Assembly (NCBI RefSeq): GCF_006345805.1
Contig: NC_043015.1
Span: 24,366,001-24,430,000 of the forward strand
Direction: 5' to 3'
Length of the DNA stretch: 64,000 nt
Origin: Octopus sinensis
Lineage: Eukaryota
Shown here: positions 41,105 to 56,782 of the stretch, one piece after another
How the letters are laid out: each line of letters begins with the position of its first letter
Numbering within the stretch: the first letter of the stretch is position 1
Position numbers and translations under genes: made by a program
The notes under the pieces: generated by a model
Database searches by the model: none
Told to the model about the DNA's origin: nothing
Seen by the model: the letters and a program-made list of their open reading frames with translations, nothing else

Positions 41105-41922
41105 CTATGTATATATGATTCTGCTTGGAACAGAGATGCTAACCTAGAGTCAAAGACATTGAATACGGGTGTAATGTTTACTTGTTTAGTACTCGTAGGA
41201 ATTTCCAGAAGGACACAGAAGATTGAGATTTAGAGAGGGGGAGAAAGAGAGAGAGAGAGAGAGATGGGGGGGAAGAGATTCAGAGGACATTGGTTCTGGA
41301 AGATTCTCAAATTAAGTTTTCTTTTTATACACAGTTCTATTTTGTTTATGCATTTCTATTAAGGAAAAAGAACTGGTAATAACTTCGTGTGAATGTGTGT
41401 GTCTATAAACACATATAAATAAACACACACACGTATATACACATACACACATATATGTATATATAGAGAAATAAATGAATATATATATATGCAAAAGTAT
41501 ATGCAGATGTGTCCATGCGTGTGCGTGAGTGTTTAGTATTATATACGATAAATCATCGGTAGAATGAATTTACTTTCTGTGTTAGCCATCGATCAACAAG
41601 AGACCCACGTAAAATGAACAGAATAACATTTGTAGCCAAACTACATCTATGCATGTATCTATCCTTCCAACCATCAATCTATATAAGCAAAACAGCAGAT
41701 TAGAGAAAATTTTTGGTATCATTCATTCACCATTACACATATTTAATTTCTTAATCGGAGTACACGTGGAAAACTTATAAAGTATCTCCCATCAGAAACT
41801 TTTTAAACAGAGAATTGAATAATATATATATACTTACATACACCCACACAATGAAAGAAAAAAAGAATGAAAGATAGACAGACATATAGATAGATAGATA
41901 GATAGATAGGTAGATAGATAGG

Positions 41923-42011
<89 letters not shown>

Positions 42012-43492
42012 GGATGGAGAGATGCACGCAGAAATTACTGGCGACAGTTCCTGAATTAAGTGTGCGTATTAGGCCAAGTTCAGTTTATTGTCAATTCTTT
42101 GGCAAAGGTCACATTTAGCAGTAGACTTTTGCTGGGAACTATCTTAAACATGTGCGTGCGCACACGATGATATGAGTTTCTGTTAGAAGCCCGCGAAACT
42201 TTAAGTCGCATTGGGCCGGATCAAACTGTTTTAAATAATAATATATGTAACTCTTATTAAGTGTGTTGAGTGCCTTTCTCTCTTTCATTTGTCCTGTTTG
42301 TTCACTCACTCGTGTGTATGTGTGTGTGTGTATGTGTTTGCGCGCGTATTCAAATATTTCGCTTGGGCATAGCGAGATTAATAATCAGGTGTAGAACTCA
42401 ATATATGCATGGTCTAGAACACAATATTATATGAGCTTAGTGTGGTAACAGAAAGACAAAATGTTATGTAATGAAATATATTAGCTTATAGTTGTTTCTG
42501 CTACGAGATATGGTGGACGCTTAGTCGAGTACCAGGATAATATTCTACAGCTGCAACAGAGCCTTGAATATGAAATGCACTCTATTTTATATATATGTGG
42601 GCGGATGGATGTGTTTCAGGTTGTAAACCTCTACCACTTGACTACCACACTTAATAAATACTGGCAGGTCGATTTATTCAAAGCAGAACCCAGCCTGGGG
42701 GTACTCCAGGGACTAAAGTAGATAAAAGTTAAAATATATATATATATAACTATGCGCACATCGTATATGAATTTATCTAATACGAGATATATTCATCCAC
42801 ATATAGGCGCATGTGTTTATATAGAAGCCTATCTGTATTGTGCTGCGTGTGGGATGAACATCCCGTGACACATGGCATGAAAACCTGACTAACAGAGTTG
42901 TAAGATGTATGACTGTATCAAGATTAATTAATACTTACACCCACTGTGTTATCCAGTTCTCTTTTAATGGCTTATTCCTACCGTTCATACGAATCTAATA
43001 ATTCTTGTAAGCACACACATAAGTATATACATACGTACACGTACATGTGTGTCTGTGTATTTATTTATCAATGCAATATATATAAGTATATATGTGTGTC
43101 TGTATGCGTGTCTGTGTTTGTCTGTGTGTGTTTATGTGCATCTATATATACATATATACATCTATATATATATATATATACATACACACACATATATATA
43201 TAGATACATATATATATATATTATATATATATATACATACGCACACATATATATATATATATATATATACATACACATATATACATACACACACACATAT
43301 ATACATACACACACACATATATATATATACATACATATATATATACATATATATACATATATATATACATACATACATATATATACATACATACATATAT
43401 ATACATATATACATACATACATATATATACATATATACATACATACATATATATATACATATATACATACATACATATATATACATATATAC

Positions 43493-43545
<53 letters not shown>

Positions 43546-43885
43546 CATATATATACATATACATACATATATATACATATACATACATACATATATATAC
43601 ATATACATACATACATACATGTATATATATATATATACATATATACATACATATATATATATACATACATACATATATACATACATATATATATATAACT
43701 GCCTGTATATGCTTTCACATACCCAAATATAAAAGTATGTAAAAGTGTATATATGCATATATGTGAACGTATATAGATTCCTACATATTCATACATAAAG
43801 GTGTGCATATATGTCTATATATTCGTGTTAGGGTGAAAAGATACGCCTGTGTGTGTGTGTGTGTATGTATATAAGTATATATGTA

Positions 43886-43965
<80 letters not shown>

Positions 43966-44484
43966 CATTGTTCTATATAAAGACATACATTCTCATATAC
44001 ATATATATAGATAGATATATATTGTGCGTATTCGCACGCGTGTGTGTTTTTGTGAGAGTTCTGTGTATGTGTGTATAAGAGCAGCCTGTTCCTTTCGTAT
44101 GCAACATCAGTTTTAATATAACATTCACTGATTAAATTTAATTTCCAAACAACATCTACAATCAATAGACACAAAGAAGACGAGTATATATATACATACA
44201 TATGGTAGATAGACAGGTAGGTAAAGACAGGCAGGCAGGCAGGCGGGCAGGCTGTACGATGCTAATGCACCTTATATGCACATGACAGCTCAGTTATTTG
44301 ATGTTATTGATACATTAGTTGTAATTTTAATTTACTGATTAGCTTTTAGAATCCAACTTATTGCTCATATAATAGTTAAAGATGCCGTCACAGAAATATG
44401 CACGTTCAGAAATGTTTCCAAAATAAAGAAAAATGAAATATTGCTCTTTTCTTCTTCGTTTTTATTACCGTCGTCGTAATCATC

Positions 44485-44820
44485 ATCATTTCTTCTTCTT
44501 CTTCTTCTTCTTCTTCTTCTTCTTCTTCTTCTTCTTCCTTCTCCTCATCCTCTTTTGATTTTTTTTCTTCTCATCTTCCTTTTTCATCATCATCATCTTC
44601 ATCAACATCAGCATTTTCATCTGCTGCAGCGTTCTGTTATCCTCTCCCTCCTGCTCCTTCTTTCTCCTCCTCTTCCTCCTCTTTCTCATCTTCCCCTTCT
44701 TCTTTTCTGGTTATTTTGTCATATATTTCATTTTCATCATCACCATCATCACCATTATCATCATTTCCTTGTTCCTTCTTTTCCTCTTCATCTTCTTTTT
44801 GAATATCCTCATCATTATCT
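44485..44820. repeat. (CTT)n/(CAT)n low-complexity tract
   Basis: Direct reading. Confidence 0.9.
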
Positions 44821-46204
44821 TCGTACTGCATATGTGTATGCATATGTGTGTACAGATGTATGTGCTCGTCTGTGTGTGTAAGCTCTGAACAATGCCCAGA
44901 TTTCTTCCAGAAGGAATAAATGAAAAACGAGGTAAACAAAAAGAAGAATGGACCCCAGAACATGACTGGTATTTAGGTTTTCGACCCAAAATGATAAAAG
45001 TTAAGTATTTGTTTCTATAAGGATGAAGATTATCCAGTAAATAGAGAGTATTATCCTCTGATGTGATGGTCCACTTCAGAATTTTGGTTTGAAAACTGGG
45101 CACTTTGGACAAGTGTCTTTTACCTTTCGATTGACTTAACCCATTGTCCATTTCATAATCTTCACCTAACATCTTTCGGCCTTCCTTTTGCAGATCCCAT
45201 CTGCTGCAAGCATTCGGCGCAAGTCTCCTGCTTACCGATTCCTTTCTTCTTCTTTCCGCGTAGTTTTTGAGGTTTTGTAAGCGGGTCATCGTCACTGCCT
45301 TCCTTCTTGATTACAGTATATATAAAAATAAAAACTTACGACATTCGAGCTGACCAATCAACGCAATGCAAGTGGAATTGGATAAGCAAAAAATATTTAG
45401 TGTGCATTCTAAAAACAGTATCGATAAGGAATGCAATTAATGTAATGCCCAATGTGTAACATAGGTATCGATAAGGAATGCAACTCTTAACTCAAATCAA
45501 ATGAGTCAATATATGTTGAACTCTACTCCTTACATAGATTCCTAGACTAATGCAATGAAGACAACAATTAGGATTTTCGAAGAACTCACCTCCCGTGATT
45601 TGTATAGTTATTTAACCCGCTCAGTCTAGTGTAGCTTCGTGTGTTCTTATCTAAGATGAAGACGTGTCACAACGTTCCATGCAGCAGGGTTGGTAATTGT
45701 TCAGAGATTTTTCTTGGTATGAAACAAACAGCAGATATGTTAACCCACAAAGAAAATGTGTGTATAAATAAATATGTGTGTGTGTATACACACACCTGCA
45801 TTATATGTTTTATTCATATTTGTGTATGTGTACATAGTCGTGGAGTTACACATATTTTGACGCCATACTTGGTCCATGGTTTTGCAAATTAATGGCGGAT
45901 TCTATTGCGGATTCTATCCATTGTACTTCTAGTTATTGTTGCCAGCGATATATATCAATGGTAGGCACCAACAGGGTACCCATTACTGAGGCGATAATCT
46001 CGTCTGCTACCGATTTATGCCTGCTTTTATGCATCATGTGTCTTTAAGAGGGAACCACTAAGAGAGAATACAGGAATCTTCGGTGACCTGACAATTTATT
46101 CACCTCCGGTTAGGTGCAGAGGGTGCTTTTTCATATATACATACATATACGCATGAATATATATAGCCTTGGTTTTTTTATCTCATTACGAAAAAACAAA
46201 CCTT

Positions 46205-46262
<58 letters not shown>

Positions 46263-46506
46263 TACATACATATATATGTATGTCTATCTTTGTAAATATA
46301 TATATATATATATATATGCATTTATGCGTGTGTGTGTGTGTAAATACATACATACATACATGCATACATATATATATATATATATATGTGTTTGTGTGTG
46401 TGTGTGAGAAGATACCTGAACAATTTCCTTGTTTTTGAGCAAAAAATTACAAGAGAACATTTTAATGAATATGGTTTCAGAGTGTCACACAAACACACAC
46501 ACATTC

Positions 46507-46538
<32 letters not shown>

Positions 46539-46685
46539 TATAACTATCTATTTGTCTGTCGGTCTCTGTCTGTGTATACATGCACATATATCTTTTTCTC
46601 TCTCTCTCTCTCTTACATATAAATATACATATATATACAAACAGACAGACAAATCGATAGGTATACAGATATATATTCATATATA

Positions 46686-46734
<49 letters not shown>

Positions 46735-47583
46735 TGTGTGTGTGTGTAAGTGTGTGCGTGTGCGTGCATATTTCTGACATTTGGAAACCGTACTCATTAA
46801 TGTGGTGATGTTCCTTTGTAATTTTGTGCGCAGAAATAAGGACATTTTTAAGGTGTCTTTGTCATTGTCTTATCATAAAATTGTCTTCGTCTTCGTAATT
46901 AGATATCTCAATGAGATATCCATCTGGTAGCAGACATTGCTATGTACGATGTTTAAATTGGAAATGGAAGTGATGCGGGGAGAGGGGTATTAGTGTATTG
47001 TAATTTAAACATTGGCCACATAGTCTGTGGTGAGATCTAATTGCTCTGTCAAAGAACAGAAGACGAAACCAACAAACAGAAGTGGAATGCTAAATAAAAC
47101 CAAAAATACCATTTCAATTAGATACCATGATGATAACATATTGACTTTTCAGCCAAAAAGTTCAAAAGGTCTTATCCTGTCAGCAGCACAGAGTTGTATC
47201 CACGCGGTAGACCCTCACACACACACATATACACAAACACAAACTCATTCATACGTGCGCACGCATGCCATATATTAATGAAAATATGGCGGTAGCATTG
47301 TCATTGTATTTGATTCACATCGGCAATTTCAGAATCGGTGTTCAAAATTAAAATTCAAGAATTCTCAGTTAAAATTCCGTCCCAGTCGACAATCTTTATC
47401 CTCGCCATCACCACCACCACCATTGCTTTTTAAATGAGTGAGTTATATGATTAAGATGCTCACTTCACAGCCGCATAGTATCAGGTTCAATTCCATTGTA
47501 CGACAACTTCAAGCATGTAAGTGCTTTCTACTACAATTTCAGGGTGTTCATTCTCTTCATTATTTACATTATTTACAGAGACC

Positions 47584-47622
<39 letters not shown>

Positions 47623-48595
47623 ACAAACAGAGACCGACAGAAAGAGAGAGATGGCCATAAAAAGGAGAGAGAGAGAGGAAGAGACAGAGAGAGACAGACA
47701 GGCAGGCAGACCTGTAGACAGTGACAGAGTCAAAGATAGAGACAATGAGAAAGAGAAAGACACAGAAATAGAAAGAGAGAGACACATATATACACAGATA
47801 GAAAGACAGAGAGAGAGAGAGAGAGAGATCTTCCTTGGCTTAGTGAAAAATTGAAATGTAAATTCTCCCTCGTTGCAATATTTCTGGTATTGAACTCTTT
47901 CACCTTTCTCACTGAATGAAACCAGAGACCCTCCACTACAGCTCGCTCACTCTTACAATATAGATTTATAGAGATCATCGATTTTAACGAAAGAAAGAGT
48001 GACAAGAAGAAATCAAACAAACAAATTATGTTTATTTGTCCGTTGAGGATAGCAACAGGTAAACTAGTTTTGTACTAGATTTAGCTCCAAACCACTCTTG
48101 CCTCCCAAATCCGATATAACAGGTAACAATAGAAAAAGCATATACGAAACGAATTTTGTAGCTGTTGTGGACTGCTAAAATTAATGGCTTTAAATTTTGG
48201 CAAATTATGCCTGAAATATCGTGCTCCACGAGAACCCGCCTCTACAGAGTTTACCAAATGCTGTGTTAAAGCAAAGGTTTCACATGTTAAGACGACTGGG
48301 TTTTGTATCAAAAATCTAAACGCGAACATGACGTGTATACAGAAAAGTTTCGAACACTTTGTATTGTTTATGAGAAGCAAATTGGGAAGAGAGAAGTTAA
48401 GTTTGTGTGCTTCTCGGATAGAAAAACGTTAAGGCAAGACACGGCGGTGATAGGAGAGGAAATTATTACAGGTATTCAATAGTTATCCACTTCATAAATT
48501 TGAATATTGAACGCTCCTTTATTCCTTATGCCTCACAGCACACACACATACACACACACACATACGCACACTCACGTATATACACTCGTGTATAT

Positions 48596-48629
<34 letters not shown>

Positions 48630-50323
48630 TTATCTATGTGTATCGTTAGATCAGTGTTAGATTGTCAGAAATTGCGAAGTTCTTATTTTATCTGACGAAC
48701 TATTTAGTTCATCTCGCTTATTTTACGATAATTTTAGCGAGGAATGGCCAATTTATAGAACCGTAGAATCGAAATTCTCCACCTTATCACGCGCGCACAC
48801 ACTCCTACTTTTTCACTTTGCGAAATTATATTGCATTTCCATTTTGGAAAAATAAATAAATAAATACAATACCATCTAGCATTACATAAAAACAATAATA
48901 TATACCTACCTAGACAACCAACCAAATGATAGGTATTTATTTTTGTTTATTTTCGTATGTTTTGTCCCACCACCACCTTTTTATCAGCATCGTAAGCTAT
49001 TATTGGTTAGATTGTCTCGTCTGCTTATTTTCTCGATAGCCATTGAAACAATAGCTAGAGGACAGAATGAAGTGATTCTTATAAAGTAACAAACGTCTTT
49101 ACAATTCTCAGCTGCTAGCAACAGGCCATAATTGCTGAGACAGCTATTTATAACGTTTCTGGACTTTTTGCTTTTGTATTACAAAGCATTGAAGCAAAAT
49201 GTATATTGAGTGCATTCATTTGAAACTAGTCGGCCAGTATGTAATGTTCTCGCAGACAAACAATTCTTCACTCTAAATAAATGGTTTAAAGATTCTTTCC
49301 TCAAGTGTATTTCTGACTAGGTCTATTAGATTTTTTCAAGAACGTCTTTCTATTACAAGTTGCTACAATAATTGTATTCGGTTTTCACAGCTCAAACAAC
49401 TTTTATCGTGACTTAAAATTATAAGTGCCTCGTCTCCTTCTATCAGAAATGTTTCCCCTTCCCCGTTACGCAATAATATTGAACTTTGCATTTTGACAAC
49501 AGATATAGAAATGATGTGGTCGGTCTACTGGCTAGAAATAACAGCCAGATATCTTCTAAGACTACGAATAAATGAATATTGAATAAAAACAAGAAAAACA
49601 ACAAATTACTTGGAAACTAAATATGTATTGTGTCTGAAAATATAACATGAAGGTCATGGCGAGTAATCCTTATCTTATTGATATGAAACAACCTAGGGCT
49701 GAACAACAACTCTGATTCCCATTGATGCATACCAAATGTGCACATGCGAAAACATGTGCGTATATATGCATGCGCACGTACACACATATACGCACGCAGA
49801 CACAGGAAACAACGGGCTAAAGATTCAAATCGTAGCAAAATATAATGATGATGATGATGACGACGACGACGATAACGATGATGATGATGATGAGTCATTC
49901 TACAAAAGGCACAAGGCCTGAAATTTTGGAGTTCGTGGTTATTTGATTGCACAACGGATATTTGTATCACAGTATGTTTCGTTCTTTGTAAAACACCTTT
50001 GATAGTTCCTCTTTATATTATATATATATGGATATATACATGGGTTCAAAATAAACATGTGTGTGTGTGTGAGTGTGTCTGTATGAGTGTATTTGCATAT
50101 ATGCTAGCAGATATGTATGAATGAATATATATGTATGTATGTATGTATATGTATGTGCGTGTGAAACTAAGACATTTCTTGTGCACATTTTCATGTTTGG
50201 TTTTTATTTTGTGCATTTTTATTTGTCTATTTGAATTGGCTATATATATATGTGTGTGTGTGTTTGTGTGTGTGGGTATAATGTATATACATACATATTT
50301 ATATATGTACATTGTATACATAC

Positions 50324-50363
<40 letters not shown>

Positions 50364-50850
50364 ACAATGAATATATATAAATATGTATGTATGTGCGTAC
50401 TATGTAGTTCTCTTCTACTTAGTTCATTGGATTTGCTTTGTTTCTGCTAAATTGATGACAACAATAACATCTGCAAATTCTCTGCAATTATTTTTTTACT
50501 AATTGCAGTCAGTTCTTGTTAGAGAAACACAATAATTTGTATGTTTGAGAATGTGTGAGTTTGTGTTTGTATTTTGATATGTGTGTGTGTATGCGTGAAT
50601 GTGTATGTGTGTGTGTATGTTGATGTGTGGTGAGTGAGACGATGGGTTGGTGGATTTGTATTCACCGATTACTGAGAAGACATCTCGCCAAGTATGTGAT
50701 GGCAGCCATCTCGACTAAACAAGATGTCTACTAACTAAATTATATTACCAAAAATAAACATTAACAATAATAATGATGATAATAAATTCAAAGGTAACAC
50801 TAGTTATAGTGATAACGATGATGAAAAATATTATAAAGTAGTAGTAGTAT

Positions 50851-50882
<32 letters not shown>

Positions 50883-51989
50883 TAATTGTATATCCCAATA
50901 TTACAACTTCACAATTTCAGTTAAATTTGATAAAGTTGACAACATTAAATACGAAATCTAATGCTTTAAATTCAATTTATTCAATTTAGAAATCTTCACT
51001 AAGCAATGCGTTACAGTAAGTCCAGTATTTGAGAGTTGGGGGGAAAAATGCTTCATGTGAAGATGGCAACGACTTTTTCCTTCTTTTTGTTTTGATTTTT
51101 TTTGGGTGTGTGCAATAATTTTAAATTTCCAAATTACAAAAATATATTGATATAAATACTTTTCTTTCTTTATTTTATCTAGCAGAACCAATAACAAAAA
51201 TAAAAACATCTTATTATAAATAAGCACATTTCCAGACATTTCGGTCGACGCACCAGTCTCTTATTGTGAATGTAGCTCTTGATTAATACTGAATGTTTTC
51301 AACAGAGGAGAAATTAAAAATAGATAACAAACAATGTTGCCTAGCGCTAGATTTGAGCTGAGAATGTTCATATTCGTAAAAAAAAAAAAGAGACAATTTG
51401 TCTGACATACCACTGAGTCTGTAATTTGCAAAATGCTGGTGACCACAATAATAACAATATTTTGTTCTAATATAGGACGAATGTAAATACTTGTGAGGAT
51501 TGATTCCATACTAAATTGTTACTATATTTTATCGAGTCCTGAAAGATAAACAGCAGAAATTTACCTCGGTGAAATTTGAACTCAGACCGTAAAAACCCGA
51601 ATAAATCCTGTGTAACATTTTCTCTTTTTCTTCTTCCAATTCTTTAGCGATTTTGCTGGCTCACCTGCTTGATTACTTTCTAAATTAGGAACAGCTCCAA
51701 TAAATTTTTCGGGAGGGATTTCGTCATTACAATTGACCTCACCTCTTGGCTGATATTATATTTAATCAAATCGAAAGGGTGAAATGTGAAGTTGTACTCA
51801 GCGGGATTTGAACTCACAAAAGGATGGAAGGTGACGGAGATATCGGGGGAATTTCAACTTCGAATATAAAACACCTGACACAAATAATGAGAAACATTTT
51901 CACATTCGATTAAATAATTCCACCATCTCACTCATAATAATGATAATCCTTTCTGCTAAAAGCATGAGGTCTGAGATTTGTGGGGAGGA

Positions 51990-52436
51990 AACTAATTGAT
52001 TACATCGACCCCAGTACTCAACTGATACTTAATTTATCGACCCCGAAAAGATGAAAGGCAAAGTCGACCTCAGCGGAATTTGAACTATGAACGTACGGAT
52101 GGACGAAAAGCCGCTAAGAATTTTGCCCGACGTGCTAATCATTCTGCCACCTCACCGCCTTTTACCGTAGTCATAAAAAAAAAATAATAATAATAATAAT
52201 ACAGTCTACTATAGGCACAGGGCCTGAAATTTCGGAGGGGATTAATCGATCACCTCGACCTCCCTCCTCCCCCAGTATTCAACTGCTGCTTAATTTATCG
52301 GCACCCCGAAAGGATGAAAGGCAAAGTCGGCCTTGGTGTAATTTGGACTCAGATCGTAGCCACGGGCAAAATGCTGTTAGGTTTTTTTCCGGCTTGCTTT
52401 CGATTCTGCCAACACGCCGTCTTGATCTTGATGATG

Positions 52437-52468
<32 letters not shown>

Positions 52469-52485
52469 GGTGATTATTATTATTA

Positions 52486-52534
<49 letters not shown>

Positions 52535-52690
52535 AATAAAAAAGGCGGTGGGCTGGCAGAATCGTTAGCACACCGGACAAAAATGCCTTGCGTCAATTCG
52601 CCCTCTTTTACGTTCTGAGACCAAATTTCACCGACGTCGACTATGCCTTTCACTCTTTCAGGAATCGATGTAATCCACTTACTACTCCCA
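51990..52690. mobile_element. Cluster of family A SINEs around (GAT)n/(TAT)n
   Basis: Minus copies at about 51990-52170 and 52215-52410; plus copy at about 52543-52690. Confidence 0.75.
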
Positions 52691-55671
52691 TGTACCAAAA
52701 TTTGAGAACCCCACTACAACTATTACTACTATGACTACTACTGCTCTATTCAAAAATGTCAAAGCTCTTAGGTTTTGTATCTATTTAGATTGACCTTTTC
52801 AAAAAATTAGCAAGAATCACTCAAAAGCTTCATTTCTAGCAATGGAAGAATAAAAAGAGAAAAAATTTAGCTATTTATGGATGAAATCAATTAATATGCG
52901 AGTTTAAAAAATATTTTTCTTTCTTTCCATAAAAATTTCCTCAGATTCAGAAGTCTGCGTCGAATTTTTTCTCCTTTTACACTTTAAGCCAAAGTGGCCG
53001 GCTTTTATGATTGTATTTTCCACTTAGTGTGTGCGTGTATGTGAAAATATATATACATATGTGTACGTATGTATATAATTGTATATATATATACACACAC
53101 ACGCATATTTATATACATCTTTAAATATATGTGTGTATGAATGTATGCATATTTGACTTATCATTATTATTAAAGATGTCATTTGCATCAGCATCATCAT
53201 GTTCATCATTATGTTAAAAATCATTAATAATAATCAATATAATTTTTGTACTCTTAATTATTATTAACGTCAGTTTTTTTGGTTTTTGTCCAAACATTTC
53301 ACATTTTTATATTTAAAATGAATACATACATATACAAATACTTATAAATATGCATGAATGTTTATGGATGTGTGTGTGCGTATGTGTATATCTGTGTGTA
53401 TGTCTGAATAAACATACATACATATATAATTCGATTCGTTTGGTTTCGTTTCGTTTCTTCTTCTTCTCTAAGCTGGTTTTATATATATATATATATAAAT
53501 ATATGTGTGTGTGAGTGTATGCGTGTGTAGAAGCTCCAATAATTTCGACGTCATTTATTTTGCAGTTTTTACATAATTTTGTATGTTTGTCTTGTGGTTT
53601 AACAGAATTTTTGTTATTATTATTTTTGTGTGTGTGTCTTCTATCTGCAGAATCAATTATTTACAGTTTCATCTTAATCTCTTCCTACCCCGTCCGCCCT
53701 TCTCTTTCTCACTCATTTCATAAAATCAGACGGTAAAATTAAATTAGATTATAGATAAGAATCACAGAAACTATTTCATTTTTAAAATGAGATGTCCAAA
53801 AATATAACAAAATATTGTGTCTAAATATGACAACAAAATGATATATATACATATATATAAAATCAAAACTAGATATGATGGGAGCGATATTCATGGAAAT
53901 AAATCTTCTTCGTATCAAGTGTAAGGTTTCTAATTAAAAATAAGTGGAATCTTGTATGTAGATAGTAACGGATTCAGTAGTATTCTACTGGTTCCAGAAG
54001 AGAAGGGACAATATCTTTTAAAAATAGGAACTATAACTTTCAATAATTATGGAAACAACTGCTACTATTTGAAAAACATGGAATAGGTTTTTTCACCCTC
54101 CATCATTAACTTTATCTCTCTTACATTCTTTTCATAACCGGTGTTGGTTTGTTTATGTCTCCGTAACGTTTCGGCCAAAGAAACCCGATAGATAAGTACC
54201 AGATTTATAAAGAAAATATTTTGCGGTCAATTTGTTCAACTATGTAAGGTGGTGCCCCAGTATGACCGCTGTTCATCAAAAGAAGGCAAATAAAAGAGCA
54301 AAGAAAATAACACAACCCCAGCATGGCCAGTACCGCTGTGCACGAGTTATTACGAAAATTGGAACAAGTAATTTTTTCTTATTCTTTTATGTTTCTTGGG
54401 AGCCAGAAACTTTCTTTAAAATTCTGTTTCATGCATGAAACGGCACCTGGTAATAAAATACAGGAGAACGTTATCAAAAATTCACCAGAGAATCAGAGAG
54501 AACGCAGTGCGCATCGCAGCCAATCGTATACGCCTATTCTCGTTTATCACGGGTGTTAGGTTAAAGAATAAAAACATCGTGTTAAATAAATCAGTAATTA
54601 CTGGATATTAGGACGTATGGGGAAATGTGTATCGTGCGGACACTTTGAGTTGTCCTGAGTTAATACTCAGAATTAACTCAGGATTAATGGTGTGCAGCGG
54701 ACGAAAATTGTATTGAAAGACGCTCTACTATAAGGTAAGACCTTTTTTGCTTTTTGAGTCTAGTGAGGATTCGTTGTTTGTGAGATATATTTTTTGTACA
54801 GGCAAGGAGTCCTCACTGGATTCTGAGCTTTTGGTCTGTCTGCGGTAGAGCAGTGTGTTTTTCTCACGTAGCTGTGAGAACTGCTGTCTGGAGGTGTGTT
54901 TCGCTTACAAATTAATTTAATTTGAGTGTTGCATTATTCTCAATTATTTGCGAGAACTGTGTTTATTTGCCGGCGTGGAAGTCTTTTTGAAAAATAATTT
55001 CAAGGAATTACACAAGGATTAAAAAAGCTGTGAAGGCCAGGATTACCGTGTGACTGAAAAATATTTGTCTTTGCTGCAATTGGAACTCTCGTTCTCCTGT
55101 CGTTTATTTGAAAAAACCTGTATTGAACTGTTTATTTTTTCTTCCCTTTTTGTTATAAAATAAAGAAGCTTGCTTCCCAACCACAATGTTCCGGGTTCAG
55201 TCCCACTGCGGGGCACTTTGGCCGAGTGTTTTCTGCTATAGCCTCGTCTGTTTTTGTCCCCTCATCATCGCTTGACAATTAATGAAGCATAAAAATCAGA
55301 CCAGGCTTGAATTTGATTGCTTAATATATTCTTATTCGTTACAGCCATGCAGCTGAGGTCATGCTGGACCACCACTATGATACACATTCATATAACCTCG
55401 GATATATTTACATTCTTTGGCTTTTTATTCTTTTATTGTTTCAGTCATTTGACTGCTGCTTTTAGTCGAACAAATCGACACCTGGACTTATTCTATCGGT
55501 GTGTTTCACCGAACCGCTAAATAACGGGGGAGGGGACAAACACAGATATATATATATTACGCTTACTAAACACTCACAATTGTATACAAGGTGTCACTCA
55601 GTGGGACTAAACCTGGACCTATATGGTTGATAAGCAAGCTACTTACCACACACACACATATATATAAAAAA

Positions 55672-55844
55672 TGGAGGCGCAATGGCCGAGTAGTTAGTGC
55701 AGCGGACTTGCGGTCATAGGATCGCGATTTCGTTTCCCAGACCGGGCGTCGTGAGTGTGTACGCTCAATAAACACTCACAACGTCCGGTCTGGGAATCGA
55801 AACCGCAAGTCCGCTGCCCTAACCACTGGGCCATTGCGCCTCCA
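55672..55844. mobile_element. Two family C SINE heads joined tail-to-tail
   Basis: TGGAGGCGCAATGGCC... and ...GGCCATTGCGCCTCCA form an imperfect inverted pair. Confidence 0.8.
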
Positions 55845-56029
55845 CTGTTTAGTATATATGAATTTACATATATATATTTATTTATTGAGCGTAAACATTT
55901 AAATCTTCACGAGGCTCCGTTATGGGGTGGGTTGGCAAACGCTGCTCTATTCTTTCACCACAACTTTCTTTCTGCTGTACCTGTAGTCATAATGAACCTC
56001 CCCGGGAACTACGTATCAGTGAAGTGCTT

Positions 56030-56782
56030 GGATCTTTTCCTTTTGAACGGCAGTTTTTAACACAATTTCTAGTTAACTAAACACTTTTAAATTTCGTATA
56101 CTGGTAGAATGTGTCAAAATAAAACATTTTTTTCTCTTGGCTTTCTTGAGAAAATTGTTATTTGTAAGTTTAACGTAGTTTAATTTTTCGAATTTTAACC
56201 AATCAATCGCCTCTATTTAGCTAAAATCATTTGCTGCGTCTAAAACTGAGACAACATCCTGTCTCTAACCCTAACACCAACCCTAACACTAACCCTAACC
56301 CTAAATTTTAGCCTTTCGTTTTTTTATTCTTAGTTGTTAAATTAATTTAATTGTTACGCGTGTGTCTAAAATTATTCGTTTTGTTTTTGTTTTGAGATAC
56401 ACGTGTATTGTTTAAACTATTTTCCATTGCTTAAGAACAAAAAAAAAGAAAGGCTAAAACGAAAGCAATGGAAAATAATTTAAACAATTAACAAACAAAA
56501 TAATTCTATAATTTTATACACACGCTTTCCGTACGTAAACATAACAGTGACAGGATGTTGTCTCAGTTTTAGACGCAACAAAGGATTTTAGCTAAATAGA
56601 GGCGATTGATTGGTTAAAATTCGAAAAGTTAAACTACGTTAAACTTACAAATTACAGCTTTCTCAAGAAAGCCAAGAGAAAAAAATGTTTTATTCTGACA
56701 CATTCTACCAGTATACGACGTTTAAAAGTGTCTAGTTAACTAGAAATTGTGTTGAAAACTGCCGTTCAAAAGGAAAAGATCC
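56030..56782. mobile_element. 753-bp MITE with ~234-bp TIRs, nested in a family C SINE body
   Basis: GGATCTTTTCCTTTTGAACGGCAG / CTGCCGTTCAAAAGGAAAAGATCC ends; flanks AAGTGCTT / GAGTGCTT (8-bp TSD, 1 mismatch); internal (CCCTAA)n at about 56265-56305. Confidence 0.9.

Noticed and set aside
44711-45295. 194-aa minus-strand ORF
   Set aside because: It runs through a SINE fragment and low-complexity repeats with no domain similarity.
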